64,000 bases of DNA. It comes from Eledone cirrhosa (lineage: Eukaryota). The stretch's first letter is position 1, and the number at the start of each line of letters is the position of its first letter. A model generated the notes under the pieces. That model was not told the origin of the DNA. It made no database searches and was given only the letters and a program-made list of their open reading frames with translations. Below are positions 27,540-42,884 of the stretch, piece by piece. The translations under genes were made by a program, and so were the position numbers. Where the stretch lies: the NCBI GenBank assembly GCA_964016885.1, contig OZ024742.1, forward strand, positions 51,026,001-51,090,000, in the 5' to 3' direction.

Positions 27540-27642
27540 CGTTTAGACAGCTATGCAAATTGAAGCCAGCGACCGAAAAGCGAGCCGCTAGGACCAGAAC
27601 AACGAAAAAAACCGACTCAGGGAAATATAAATATACATGAAT

Positions 27643-27697
<55 letters not shown>

Positions 27698-27742
27698 ACA
27701 CACACCACACACACACACCCATATATATATATATATATATAT

Positions 27743-27945
27743 ATAATAATAATAATTGTTTCTAATGTAGGCACAAGGCCAGAAATTAGCCAGTGTATTA
27801 CTGGTACTTTATTTTATCGACCCCATAATGATGAAAGGCAAAGTTAACCTCGGCGGGATTTGAACTCAGAATGGCAAGGGCCGTAACTCTATGCGTCAAA
27901 GCATGACGTCCGACCCTCTACCGATACTGCCAATCCACCGCCCTT
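27743..27945 (-). mobile_element. tRNA-derived SINE with Nin-like core and (ATT)n tail
   Basis: Minus strand: A-box tggcagtatcgg, B-box gagttcaaatccc, core gcctttcatc...ggggtcgataaaataaagtaccag; sits between TAA repeats. Confidence 0.85.
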
Positions 27946-28932
27946 AATAATAATAATAATATTATTTATACTTATATAATTATAAACAGGAAAGGTCAGT
28001 AATTCATTACTACCTTATTACCAGTAAGAAAAATAGCTCAATGTAAATACATCAGATGTTTTACACAGCCGGAATATAAATTACAGAAGAATGAAAACTA
28101 TGTTCAAAACATGTTATTGCTGACAATCGTTTCTTCCAAATTTTCATTTGGATTAATCGGAGCACTAGCAAAGTTTAGACATTTAATTAGCCTGCAATTC
28201 CACAGAACAATCGTAAAGACACAGAGATGTTAATGTTATCATTAAGGGTGGCATAATTAAAGAGTGGAGTTGATGTGGTCAGTATCAGTGGATGCGACAA
28301 AGATTGTAAAATAATAATACAACAATTATAGAGGAATTAAAGAAGAAAGTTACTCGTAAAACGAGGACTTTAGCAGTACATATGCAAGCGTATAGAAAGA
28401 GTGCAGATGTGTTAGGCATGTACAGAATAACCAGGTAAGAAACAAGCAATGGTACTAAGCATATATATCACAGTATGGCAAAGGTATCACATAATACAAT
28501 ACAGGTATAAAAGCATATAAGCAGACAGAGATGCGTGGGTATGAAAATCAGTTTCATGGTGGATGCAGTGTGATAATTGTTCCGGTAATATTCAAATATG
28601 CATGTGTTATGAGTATTAATAACAAGGTTTTCCTTTCCAATACTTTGATTAAATTATGGATTGCATATTGCTCCTATTGCAATCTTATCAAGGGTTCGAG
28701 TTGTTCTAGAGTGATCTTTCTAACGGTTTAATTTCAGGAAGTGAATTAGTGATCTATATTAAGGGGAGCTAATGTGAAAGGGGAGGTAATTGGCAACTAA
28801 TTTGTATATAAGAGAAAAAATGTATAGATGTTTACAGCTCCAATTAGTTAAATTCTATGTGTTAATATACAATATATTATGTATATAAAAGGATTCACTT
28901 ATAACATAATACATTGTATATTAACACATAGA

Positions 28933-28996
<64 letters not shown>

Positions 28997-29239
28997 AGTG
29001 TAATTTTCTACACAAAACGAAGGTTATAGAGAAAATTGAGGTTGGTAATTATACCCTTTATTATTTCCTTACCTTATAAAATTATGTTTTTTCACAAAAA
29101 AGTATTCTGTCTCTTATATATTCCATGTGCCATTACCAACCTCAATTTTCTCTCTCTCTCTATATATATATATATACATATACATATACATATATATGAT
29201 AACTTACATATGTTTATATATATATGTGTGCATATATAT

Positions 29240-29350
<111 letters not shown>

Positions 29351-30954
29351 CATATACATATATATATTTTTATATTTAATTCGAAAATTTTATTTTCTGG
29401 CATGTATATATATATATATATATATACATGCCAGAAAATAAAATTTTCGAATTTTCCTGGAACTTGAAAAATGTAAGACATCGTTATCTATTCTCTGGTG
29501 TTACTGAACCCACATACATTACCAACGCGAGCGCCATTTATATGTAAATTAACATCCATTTCAGAATAATAATAAGTGTGAATAGATATATACATCCATC
29601 AAATATATGTTTCCTTTTGGTTAATTGGTTGATATACATGTCTTCAATATATGTATATATTTACACATAATGGTGCAATATCGGTTACACACTCAGTATA
29701 CATGCAGAGAGTAAGAGAAAGATAGATGCGTATATGAATACAAAGTGTATGAGAGAGATAGGTATTGTGGCGCATATAATATTACATAATCATATTTCTG
29801 GGACTTGATAGTGATGAGATTATACGGAATCTAGTCATCTATCCTAGTATGTAATAATGCAGTTTTACTGATTTCTGTTTATTTGATGAATTGGCGAATT
29901 AGTAGGAGGAAATAGCATTTAAATATCGTTTGAAACAAGCGTAAAAAATCAATAAAAGCGGATAATATAAACACAATTAGTAGTTATCACATTCCTAGTA
30001 CATTTTAAAGAATGGTGGAGATGGGTGGAATCATTATAACATGCGGTATATGCCATTCATCCTTTCTAGGTAACTAAGAAATTATTAGCATAATACCGAG
30101 TTCGGTCCTTCCCATCTCTTTCCCCTCTCCCTTTTTTCTGGAGGAAATTAGCTATCTTTAGATCCGGAGAGGTAATATTCCGCGATAACTTTTAACTTGA
30201 CCAAAACAAGTTGTCACTATTATCACTATTGTGCCCCTAAAACATCAGCATTTTACGGCTCTCTTCATACAATTAGTACCTTTAAAATTAAAAGCTACAA
30301 TATTCCAACTGTTTATTTTCGTTCGTGACAATATCTAGAAAATCTCTACAAAACAACAATTTCTTCTCTCTTCAACGAAATGCATTATCCACATATATAA
30401 ACACCACAGCAATGTTTTTGTACTAAAACACACATATAAACGGAAGTGTCACCAACAGCAATAAGCAGAATATGGAGCATCTTAGTTAAACAGAATATAA
30501 ATTGCTTTTGGGGTAATATTTCATTTGATGCAGCTTCCATTAATATTAAACAATAAATAATTTGTGATGCAAATATTATTATATGTTGTTTGTATTATAT
30601 GTTTGATCTTTTGCATTATTTTGTTTTAAATATTGATGAGAAAAAAATAAATCCGTCTGCATAAAGCATAAAAATATAACTCGAATAAACACACGTCCAG
30701 ACAACTCAAATTAACCTTTCTAAACTGTATCGGTTAATTGAATAGTTCTTTCAATGGCCTACCACAATTAATACAGATGCTAATATAATGCTATTTAAAT
30801 GTCCATGTTTTCAATTGATATTGAAGCATAAGTCTATAAAAATCGAAGGCCTTTTTCCATAATATTTCTTCCTGTGTATTTTCGTTTTCTCTGTTGCAAG
30901 CAGAATATCGTACTTATTTGCATATCACTTATACGTTCAGAAAATGTTAACCAT

Positions 30955-31832
30955 ATATATCAACTAGAAATAGATTGACATATATATATATATATATATA
31001 TATAATAAACATATGAAACAATCACAGGGAATAATTTGTAAGGTGTGTAAGCACACATAGCTAGGTAGGTTACTAATTAAAGTTTAAATAGAACTTCAAA
31101 TATAGATACCTGTTATAATGATTAATCTCCTTTGTATATATCTCTTTAAATAACAAATATATTTCACCAATTAAGCGGTAAATCACAGTAGTCAAAACCC
31201 GGATGGTCACCAAAGAAGAAGATCCAACTATCTGTGTTTACACAGAAAATGCAAATCTGTGAATGACTCGTACCACGTGTTGCATATTTTAAGAAAATAT
31301 ACACATCGCACAGCGTCATACCAGTGGCGTCAATAGGACTATCGACAGCTAGATATAGCAGCCGTGTCCATTCAACTGAGTTCGCTCTACACATAAGGGG
31401 CCGTATATATATATATCCAAAATTAAATTAAGTGTTGTCATGTCTGAGAGACCTGTGCCATATCCACTGCAGAATAAGTTCAATGATTCCAATGAATAGA
31501 TCCGAACATGTTATATCAACTAGAAATAGATTGACATATATATATATATAAAATAAACATAAGAAAAAATCACAGGGAATAATTTGTAAAGTGTGTAACC
31601 ACACATAGCTAGGTAGGTAACTAATTAAAGTATAACTAGAACTTCAAATATAGATACCTTTTAAAATGATTAATCTCCATTGTATATATGTATTTAAATA
31701 AAAAATATATTTCACCAATTAATCGTTAAATCACAGTAGTCAAAAACCGTATTGTCAACAAAGGAGAAGATTCAACTATCTGTTTACACAGAAAATGCAA
31801 ATCTGTGAATGACTCGTACCACGGGTTGCATT
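30955..31832. repeat. ~330 bp direct repeat (30955-31290 vs 31512-31832)
   Basis: tatatcaactagaaatagattgac...gaatgactcgtaccacg occurs twice, period ~557. Confidence 0.85.
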
Positions 31833-31844
31833 TTTTTTTAAATT

Positions 31845-32682
31845 ATAGATAAGAAATGTATAATCTGTAACTTAAGCCCCATATTAACTGTAAAACTAGA
31901 AATGTAGTATATAGCATAAGATGTACTGAAGGACAATGTAGAGATAAGAATATAGTGTACAGCTCGTAGTATAGGGGAAGGGATAAATGAACACTGGCGA
32001 GAGCTTCAAGATAGTAAAGAATCATCTATACTCCACCAACATGCTAAACTAGAACATAAGGGTAAATTAGAGAACATAGAAATAAAAATAGAATCTACAC
32101 ACAGAAAAGACGCAATGTTTAGACAAATCACAGAGACAATAAACATAAATGAACTCCAACCAAAATTAAATAGAAAACATGAAATGAACAGCAACATCAC
32201 GACTTACAATTAAGGACAAAATGAAAACACATGCACACATACAACAAGCAACCAACCAGTAACATGTAAATAAACAAATAAATAAACAAATAAATAAACA
32301 AATATAAACACACACAGACACCCTTATGTAACACATGCGCAAACTAAGTACACAACACACACACAAACAAGATGGCGTAGGACAGAACAAAGGAGAGGCA
32401 CAAAAACAAAGAAAAGAATCCCCAGTCACTGAAGAGGTCACATAATGTGTGTCGAAAGAACTTTGACAATATATGAACAACCGTCTGGTTGTGGAACCAA
32501 CCAACCAAGCGGAAGTTTATAAATTCCTAAATTTATAAATTTAATTTATAATATATTGAAGTGAAAGCAACTGGTGCGTGTGTTTCTTATTGGCATCATG
32601 ACCCTTCGAAAGTATAACAATATCGATTTCAACACAGGTTTTCAGATAAAGATTCTTGCTAAACAAATTCAGAAACGAAATA
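31845..32682 (+). mobile_element. PLE (second clade): GIY-YIG C-terminus and pLTR
   Basis: INCKTRNVVYSIRCTEGQC...RINEHWRELQDSKESSILHQHAKLEH...FRQITETINI...KLNRKHE, then a terminal repeat with HHR family C; ends at a short TA run. Confidence 0.8.
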
Positions 32683-34339
32683 TATATATCGTTCAGCCTT
32701 GTTTTTCATTCTACTTGTCAATTTTTCTAATTATATAAATATGTACATAAGCAATTTTTTCTTTGTTTCTACATATATATAAGAAGAAAGAACCATGAAG
32801 TGTCGTTTACATACATTTATGTTTTTAATTGAGTATTGGAATGTTACGCGCATTTCGCAAATGATTGTCTGAAGGCCACCTATGGTATCTATGGAACCGT
32901 TTCCAGCATCGATATTCTCCTCATACTGATAATTGAAGGAAACAATTATGTATGTATATATATATGATCTATCAATTGTAGGGCGTGGCAGGGTCTATCT
33001 TAACGTGGGCTACTTGGCATAATATCCTGTAGTTAGTTATGTGGTGTAGTGTGATGCAAAACTTCAACTGATATTAATGAAACGTATTGTAGGACGTAAT
33101 GTACGCCGAAAGGTTATTAAATTAATTAGATGTTACTTGCCCATATATTAAATCTATTTGTTGGTGTTCACTGAATACGAACGTATGCGTTTTTCTCATC
33201 TTTTCCAGTCTGTTATCTTCTCACTCTTTGTCTTTCTATTTCTTCTTTTATTTCTCATTCCCTCGTTTGGTGAACGACTAGTTAAGACTATTCCTATAAT
33301 TTCACGCGTTAAATCAAAATAATTCTTCATTGTACTCTGTCGTTTACTTTCTTAGTGTTGTTTCATTTTTACACGCAGACCTCCCCCACACACCTACACC
33401 CCCCCCACTCCACACCCCACACGTAGATATATGTGTGAATTTGTGTGTGTCTGTACCTGAAAACTAATAATTACTGTAGCACTATTTTAATCATTTAGTA
33501 AAATTGAGTATCTTTATGATTTTCTATTATTAGTTCATATTTTTTTCTTGTAATTGCCATGCCAAGGACAGACATTACATCTTTATATCAATAGAAAACA
33601 ATGCTTAACTTCCTTTATGCAGAAACACTGAAAACATCAGGATGTCTTCACTCATAATATTTAACATGATTTTAACATACTTAGAAGTCCAGTGTAGATT
33701 GTTTATTTTTCTTCTTGATAGTTACAGCCGCTAAGGTATTTAAAATTTTATTTTTGCAGCTGACATTCTTTAAAGAGTTAATGATTTAGTGAGAATAATG
33801 ATTTGGCAGCTGGGATTCCACCATTGTTTACCTATTTCATAGACATTCAAGCAATAATAAATTCTACCAAACCATCGGGGTATGGAAACACCGTCCGTAT
33901 TTATATTTTATTTTCCGTCAAATAAACAATGCAAGTACTTTTTCTGTAATTATTTTCTTTTTATATATGTATTGATAAAATTATATTTGCCAAAAAATAG
34001 TAAGCACATGCTAAGTTGCTTTTCTTATTTCATTTATACATAGATGTAGCAACAACAAAGCAAACACCCTATTCGTTGCCAATTCACATGATTCCACCCA
34101 CTTACTGGGAGTATTTTACTAACATCCATCCAGACACCCCGCTCAGACTATCACCAGTACTAAGAACGAATACCTTAGAATCAACATTCAATACGATGGC
34201 ATTATAGTCAGTCACAAATGAATCTATGATTCAATTGTGACTGACTATAATTGTATTAACATTCCACAATTGTACTGACCACAATTGTATTAACATTCAG
34301 TATAGTAATACAACACTTCAAAATGTGAACATTTACAAG

Positions 34340-34402
<63 letters not shown>

Positions 34403-34740
34403 TGAAAAATCTCTGAGGTCCTCGGTACAGTTAGGTATATTTGAAAAAAAGGAAAATAATTACTTCCCTTCTAAATAATTTGATTTAATTTTATAATATT
34501 ATAATACTATGAGTTGGTAGATCTAGTTGTTCTTTGTTAACTTCATTGGGGATCGTCAGTTTGACATCGGGGCCGAATGTCATACTGGCAATCGCCACCG
34601 ATTTCAGTTTGACAATTGCCACCGATGAATGCGAGAATGTTCTCCATGAACTTTAACCAGGAATCTTTAAAATTCTTCCCACCGTAGTTAACAAGGAACT
34701 TACACTATCTACCAACTCATATTATTATAATATTATAATA

Positions 34741-35466
34741 CTAGCAGAATGGCCTGGCGTTGCTCGGGATTCTAAACATAGATTGGCATGTTTATCCCTC
34801 CTTTCTGAAACACTTGTCTCAGAGAAAAACATCAGCGTAACTAAACTATCAGTTATTTTGAAACAAATAAATTGGATGGACATGAAAAAAAAAATGCGTT
34901 ATCTGTCTGTCGTTAAAAACCATTGATTCTAAAAAAAATCTCATAAGGCTTTATTCGAGATCAATGCTTTTTTTTACAAAATATTTGCTTGTTTTACAGT
35001 GTATTCAAATAGGCTTGTTTTCAAGTAAAAATATTGTTTTAAAAGACTTTTTAATGGAAATGAAGCAAAATGGAAGCATAATGTTGAAATTTCGAACTAA
35101 TGAATTTTGCAGGTTAAACTTTTGCTAGCCCGAAAGTTGTTCGTGTATTGTTATACTTTTGCACGCGTTAGTTATTCGTAACGTAAATAGATGGACAGAA
35201 TAACGCCATAAAAGGGAAATAACTCGTCTCTCATCTCTATTTTTACATTTGAACTGAAAAATCAATACATTTCAAATTCGATTTTTGCACTTGGCGTGGG
35301 TTGATTGAACATTTTTTTCACCGATATCTCCGCCGGACCTTCATCTATAAATGTAGCAATTTCACCGAAATTTGAACGTACGGTTTAGGAGATGATGAGT
35401 GCCGACCGTTTTAGTAGACAGACAGACAGACAAACAGAGAGGCAACCTCAGTTTTATATATATAGA
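34741..35466 (-). mobile_element. Non-autonomous Helitron (~726 bp)
   Basis: Minus strand A|TC...CTAG|T termini, subterminal GC-rich hairpin cccgagcaacgccagg just before CTAG, (CTGT)n near the 5' end, no TSD. Confidence 0.8.
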
Positions 35467-37819
35467 TTAAATCAAATTATTTAGAACTACAAGTGAAGTC
35501 ATTCTTTTCCTTTTTTCAAATATATATACATATACATATGTATATATATATATGTGTGTGTGCGTGTCTGTGTGTGTGTGTGTGTATATAGTGTGTGTGT
35601 AGTTGAGTATGTATGAATGAATAGACGCACATACGCACACATGAGCACAAATGCGCACACATGCGCACACACACACATATGTCGAAGCTAAATACATAAC
35701 GATTATATACATTTTCATGCGATAGGTAGCTAATCTTTTATTCTAATTTTTTATTCTTACATCTCCCCATTTCGATCATATCTTCTTCTAAATTATCCTT
35801 CTCCGACTTTTATCACCGCCCCCGTATCCTGCATATTCCACCTTCCTCTTTGATTATTTAAAGAAACCACAACACCACACCGATCCCAATATTATACTAA
35901 GGATACAAGACTGAAAGTTTAGTCTCTAGGCTCCTCAAGGCACCGAACGCATACAACAATCCAAAGCGCCATGCTATGGGCTAATAAATATCAGGGCATC
36001 CCATAGCTAGTTTCATCAGTTGTTCGGAATTTACTCTAAATTTAAAGGAAACTGTGTCTGTTTTTGTGTTCCATGACACTGATGTATATTCGAATATGGG
36101 TTTATGGCATTAAAGAAAAAAACTATTTCCAGTACAGTAACTACAGTTGATATTTTAAATATGTTATTTTCCATCAACTATTCTGAAAGTTATATAAATT
36201 CAAAGAAATATAAATAAGATAGAATTTGTTAAAATATGCTATAAGTAACAAAAACAACATTAAATAGTGCTGGTTTACTCAGCTTTAAACAAAAGTAGAA
36301 CCAATGAACTAGAAATTAATTTGAAATGATGGTATCAATTTCAGATTACGGTTCTGTTATCTTCATAATGTCTATTACGTTGTTAAACTCTGTAGACAGT
36401 ACTTAAGTAAATGTGATTATATTAACGATTTGTGATATTTTTACCATTATTAGTTTTCTATAAAGTGTATGTGAGGTCATGGAGTACATTCCATAAAAAT
36501 AGGTTTGCATATCTAACTGTGTGTGATAAAGAACATCACAGCAAGTATTATAAGTAAGTACTGAATACAATGGAAAATGAATCTGAAGCGGAAAATATGT
36601 GTATAGATAGGGAAAAAATACATAACGGTTTTGCTACTTATATATAGGTTTGTTACTAAGAGATTGTGTTCACTTGCATGAGCACGTGTGAAAGGAGACA
36701 AACGCATCCTTGTATGTAAATATGTCGTAAATAAATTACAGCAACTTAGATATATGAGTGCGCGTGTTTTTCTTGCATGTGTTGGAGATTGCCACGTACA
36801 AGTAATTATCTCTGCCTACAGAAACATAACACAGCATTATACACACACACACACACTCACACATACACACACACATGTATACATATATATATATATACAG
36901 ATATATAGATAGATAGATAGATAGATACAAATATACGTGTTTGTGCATGTGTACGTTTTGTTAATCTCTTTTCCAGTATTATATATATATATGAGAGTTT
37001 GTGTATCCAGCACTTTATCAAGTATCAATCTATCTATCTATCCATCCACTAATCTATCCACCCACTTATCTAGATACATATGGTGAGAATTCCTTCCATA
37101 TTTCTATGAGTTTATGCATTTAGATACACATAATATCCATATATATTTATCTAGTGTGCGTGTAATTGGAACAAATGCATTTTAAGCTCGATATATATTA
37201 AAGTGTTCTATTTGTTTAGGTATATCAGACTGAAACGGGAGTAGGCTGCTGAGAGCTGAAAGGCCTTTCAACTTTGTTTAGATATAGAAGGGAAATCGCT
37301 TTACACAAGCATCACTAAGACAATTTAGAATCAGTTGGATGATGTAACTCTTGTTCAAATACATCCGGAAAAAGTGACTGGATGGTCACAGCTGTGGAAT
37401 CTTTCCGCCTGACCAAAAATGTTTAATGAGATATTTTCATTGACATAAATCGATCGAAGGTGACTGCAAGCAAACTGTTGCGAAATTCAAATATGGTAAT
37501 GTAACTGAATGAATGAATGTATATCAAGCATATATAAATAAATAGATTTTTGTAATCATTTTTACCCAGACGTCTTGATTTAACTACCTGATTAGTAAAA
37601 GGTAAAGGTGCGTTAATGGAGAGATAATGGCATAAACCACATTGCTGATGCATATGTAACTTCAGAAATGAGGCAATACAAAATCGATAAAAAGTATACC
37701 AGTTTAAATATATAATCAAAATATGCTAAGCTATCTAACTACCTTATGAGAGACGGATAGATATTGTGAGAGACAGAAAGAGGTACACATCCAAGAATAT
37801 AGGTAATAATAATAATTAT

Positions 37820-40800
37820 TATCCGCCCGTCGCACAAATTTGCTGCTTATGATGCCTGGTGAATTTTGTCCCCAACCAGTGGATTTAGATGCCACTTTCA
37901 ACTTTCAAGCACTTTTCTGAGTACCTTGGCAGTTCCAAGAAGTGTTATTTTCTGTAGGGGCACCGCCCTGATGTTGGCCCCGATTTTTAAAACATACATT
38001 TCAATTACGTTGCTAACTATACCAAGCACCCCAACTACAACTTGGATGAACTAAACCGTTTTCATAAAAAATATTTGTCTTCTATGCTAGTGGATAGCAT
38101 CTCACAACCTTCTTAAATAATTTGTGACCAACATTATTGTCTCTCGGACAAGCCGCATCCTGAATCAAACATTATTTTTTAACCTTATTCATCACGACAA
38201 TATCTGGTTTGTCATGTTCAATTTCATAGTCACATTGGACAATAAAGTCTTGCTGTGTTTATTTTCTATACCGACTCTAGTTTGTGTTCATACCACTAGT
38301 TCGTACTTTTAAGGCTGTATTTACCGCATACCTGGCATGAATGATGTTTTCTGCGTTATCTTGGCGTCGCTTGCACTCTTTCTGTGAGGCGTCATGCACT
38401 GGCTAGTGATATGTTACACATCTACTCCCTTTTCTCCGCGTAACTTATATATTATATTTCACGTCAGTTCCTGATCTTGTGTTTAACAAAATGTATCCTC
38501 ACGGCTTCTTCCTGCACTGCACAAATGAAGGCTACCGTTACTGGTTTAAAGTCCATTTTCTCCATAAATAGCCACCTCTTCTCCACAGCAGTTTGCCTTC
38601 TGTGACCCAGTAAGATTGTTCATACATCCGTTTTTCTATTCATCTCTTTTCAGTTTTCCTTCGTTTCTCCTTCTTTTATTCCGTTTTTTTTTGTTTTTTT
38701 GCCACCTCCAACATATTTGAATTTCCCCTTCCAAAAGCTATGGTCCAGTGGGATTCTATATGTACCAGGCCACGCTATTCCTTTCTACTCTCATATATCC
38801 TTCACAACTGATGGGTCCTCCCCGTCATTTTATTCGGACCAAACATAATCTGTCAATATCCCTCCCTTAATGAAAGATTCCGTTCATTGTGAGTAGCTTC
38901 CTCGTTTTCCTATCCACATTGTAACTCGTTTACTATCGACCCAAATACTATAGCAGTATTTTGGTAGACAGTAAACATGATGTTCGGGTATCTCAGCAAG
39001 GAGAATGCCCAATTGATAAGTGCTTCATATTTATTTCTGCCATAAAACTTAATTTTCATTTCTTAATCCATCACGTTATCCTTGTGTAGTCATTTTCCAC
39101 GTTTTGATTCATGATCGCTCCTGAAACTAGAGTTATTCTGTCCACATGTTTGATCTACCTCACTTCAGGATGAGTACATCGCATTTATGTTAACTAAATT
39201 CCATTCGGACATCCAAACAAAAGCTATACACCATGTCTGTAAATTAACTACTTTGTTATTCATCGTTTCCATATAATTTCCGGTCATCCATGAATGATAG
39301 ATGATTGATTCAGTGCTGTCCCGCTCTAACCTCATGCCCTGCTTTAGCTCTTCTCCATATCCTCGTCAGAGCACCATACACTGTACAAACAACAATGTAG
39401 ACAAGCTATCTCCCTGAAATATAAATCTCCTGTACCCATAATCTGTCCATAGCATGTTAAATCGGTGTTCTAGTTTTGCATACTTTTACCCAGAAAATCG
39501 TCTATATTATTCACAATTTTGAATATATTTAGTTACCATATAATCCATGAGCATTGGAACAAATAATATGCCTTACTTTTGACGATGGATTTCATTACCA
39601 GTTTGGTATTCTTTTGGATCACTTGGTATTGTCTTATCAATTAGCAACTGATTTTTAGTACTCTACATTTTCGTTTATAACCCCTCTACTCTTCGGGAAA
39701 AAAATGTCGTTCCATCCACGTGTTTGTACATATGTGCAATTATCCCTGTCAATATCTTTGTAATGAGTTTTAAACAATATATTAGCCTATAGCTTTCAAC
39801 AACATTTTCGTTTGCCAAGTCCTTCATACATTGAACTGGTCTATAATTTATCAGCCACTCTTGTACTTCCTCCCAATTTCCTATCAGAACGTTAAACGTT
39901 TCTGCAATCCTTGCGTGACTTATTACCCAATATCCCGGCGCTCTCTCTGAGCCGGGCGATTTCAGTTGCTATTGTGTTTACTTATGTTTCGAATATCCCT
40001 CTCTGTAATTATATTTTCGTGATACTTCGGATATACAATTGTTATTTTCAGAATTTTTAACCATTCAGCCACGTTTTTGTGCTATTCCCTTTTACTCCAG
40101 ATCTGTTTGCATTCCTGTTCATTTAGGGCCAAAGGTAGAACTTCTTTTAGTCCATCCCGAAAAGTTTGTTTTGGCATCTCATATCTGGATACCTTGGTAT
40201 TCTTTAAAACGACTCGTTCATTCTATTGATGATCTCCTTTCTTTATGTCATATTATCTCTCCAATATATCATACTCATTCCTAAGTTTGCCTAACACTTT
40301 CCTGTCCTCTACTGATCTGTCTTTCACAAGTGTTTTACTGTCCGGCATACGTCTTTTCAATTATGTCTCAATGTGCTTTTGTATGGAGTTTTTTTTTCGA
40401 TATCCTTGTGGCCACGTCTATATACTTCGCTAATATAATATTTGCCACTCTGTGCCAATTCTTGATCTCTTCAATGTTACGTATATATATATATATATGT
40501 ACTTCAGGGCTTCATTCACTTTCACTGTCTTCTGGTTTAAGTTCCACTTAACTTTCCTTAGATTGCACGTATAGGTATTTTTTCTCGTAGTTTTGCTATT
40601 ATCGTCTCAAACAATATATTATGCTCTTGAATAAAGCTTCCTTCTTCAACCACATTCATCTAACTCTGGACAGCCTCCACATGTGACACACCATAACCAG
40701 CTTTTTTACATTTCCTTCATTTCTCATTTTCCATCTCTTCCGTGTTCAGCCTCTTCAGAACTTTCACTGACCATGTCAAGAACCCTTCTTCTGTCAAACT

Positions 40801-41272
40801 TTTTCTACATCGGTTCGTCACCCATTCCTTCTAATCTCTAACTGGGTCGCATAGATTTGTTCAGTTCTTTCAAATATTCCCATTTCCTTCCATTGTCTGC
40901 GCATTCTTTATCTTTACCCTCTGATTTGTCTCCCTTTATCACTAAACGTATTACTTATATAGTAGCATCCCATGAATACAACATTGATCTGTTTACTCTT
41001 GCTCAGTCATGTTTGTTTTCAAGCAGTTGTTGGCTGAAAAATGTGATGGTTCGTGCACCATCCATGTTGTTATTCACTTACTTCATCTGTACTTTTTATT
41101 TTCCTCTCAAATTTGAGTTGTGCGATTTAAGTTTTCCACCATCCGGTATGTTTCGTTACACCACCACGAAAATGATCTCCATCCAAAGACTCCTGTAATC
41201 TTGGTTGGATTTTAGAGTTTTCGTCTCCTAGGAGAATTGTCATTCAAGAGTAGAGTGTCCATCTTGCCCATT
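37820..41272 (-). mobile_element. Near full-length but decayed R4/Dong-clade non-LTR retrotransposon (RT plus RLE)
   Basis: Minus-strand remnants RRFIFQGDSLS (~39420), INHLSFMDD (~39300), HDKPDIVV (~38205) and C-terminal LQKITLLGTAKVLRKVLES* (~37900); 3' end abuts TAA repeats. Confidence 0.85.
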
Positions 41273-41285
41273 ACCATTATATATA

Positions 41286-41325
<40 letters not shown>

Positions 41326-41357
41326 CATAGGTATGCGTATGTGAGTATATTTGTGAA

Positions 41358-41675
41358 GGCGCGTGTAGCTTAGTGGTTAGGGTGCTGCGTACTCGATCGT
41401 ATTGTCGTCAGTTCGATTCCTGGGTCTGAGTCAGCCATCACGTTACATTTCTATCAAAGTATTTGTTTCACATTGTCCTACACGGATTGGCAGTATCAGT
41501 AGAGGGTCGGACGCCATGTTTCCCTGCACAGTTACGCCTCTTTACGATCTGAGTTCAAATCCCGCCGAGGTTGACTTTGCCTTTCATCCTCACGGGGTCG
41601 ATAAAATAAAGTACCAGTAATGCACTGGGTAATTGCTGGCCTTGTGCCTAAAGTAGAAACAATTATTATTTTATT
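41358..41675 (+). mobile_element. tRNA-like SINE head (41358-41425) followed by a Nin-core SINE (41482-41675)
   Basis: tagcttagtgg...gttcgattcc A/B boxes; then tggcagtatcag...gagttcaaatccc...gcctttcatcctcacggggtcgataaaataaagtaccag...attatt. Confidence 0.8.
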
Positions 41676-42780
41676 TATGACAAACAAGGCGAAACGGAAC
41701 CGTTGGAGGGAAAAGTCATAGCAGCATGAAATTATATATGGTAGGGCTTGGCAGACGAAAATTATTGACAAAACTTATGGATTTTATGAAACAAAAGACA
41801 ATGTTGCCAAGATAACTATTGTTGAACTACCCTTCCAAATCTCAATCTATTTTTCACACACACTTTCTCTTGCTCACTGTATTCAATTTGCCTCTGTATT
41901 CAATTTGCTCACTGTATTCAATTTGCCATATACGATCCACATATAAAACTTAAGAAAAAATGTAGGTTCAGGAAGGTAATATAAATATCAAAAACATTTG
42001 AGATATTTCGAATAACAATACTTTTATACGCATATCGAGCCTTCTATATACACTATGGAAATCCCAACGTGGTATTTGGTGTAAAGTTCTTTGTCTGATA
42101 AAACATTTTCAGAGAACACTCGTTAAATTTCCCGGACCAGGTCACACGCATGTTCCCATTTGTTTTTTGGATTATATCCTTTGAGAACAGAAATGGAAAT
42201 CCAAATATAACATATGATAAACACCGATTTGGTTTTAATAATTTCGTAAATGAACAATTTTCCCGTTAAAATAACAAAAGAAATCTTTCAAAGCAACTGC
42301 ACACTTTCCGTTTTCATCAGAATATCACACGCATGTACATTCCAGAGCATTCTAAAATCTCAAGTGTATATAAACCTAGAGGACATATTTTCATAGTTTG
42401 GTCACCATCAGAAGGTCAATGTTTCAATATATATTATTCATATTTTTGCGTTCTTATTTCAATAGTTGTCAAAACTATAACGTTGTTAGCTTAAGACATT
42501 ATACTGAACGGAATGTGAAAATACCTCACAGATTTTTGGGATGTTCAGTGAACAAGATATAAAAAACAAACATAAATCCCGATACACATACATACATAGT
42601 TTTGGTCTAATTCTAAGACACTGATTTAAAAGTTAGTAGTCATTCGACCGACTTCAAGGACCAGCTAAATCTTCCCCAAATTGCATTAATTGCACTAGAT
42701 GTATATATAAATACTGCGAGCTTAGTTCGGATCTAGCTGTCGAAACGGTCGGAGCTCACCCCTTATGGTCCTGACTCTTT

Positions 42781-42816
<36 letters not shown>

Positions 42817-42884
42817 TAGGGTTTGCTTGAAGCACTTTGTAAAGTTTATAAACAGTGTTTTGTTTGAAGGCTACACCAATATGT

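Noticed and set aside
28330-28440. + strand exon ending in CAG|GTAAGA (EELKKKVTRKTRTLAV...)
   Set aside because: No good acceptor or partner exons; the peptide resembles the pre-RT region of R4/Dong elements.
35955-36025. Minus-strand CUGAUGA followed by gctatggg/cccatagc stem
   Set aside because: No GAAA or cleavage triplet follows the stem.
41358-41425. tRNA gene
   Set aside because: A and B boxes are present, but there is no complete cloverleaf or acceptor stem; it is a SINE head.
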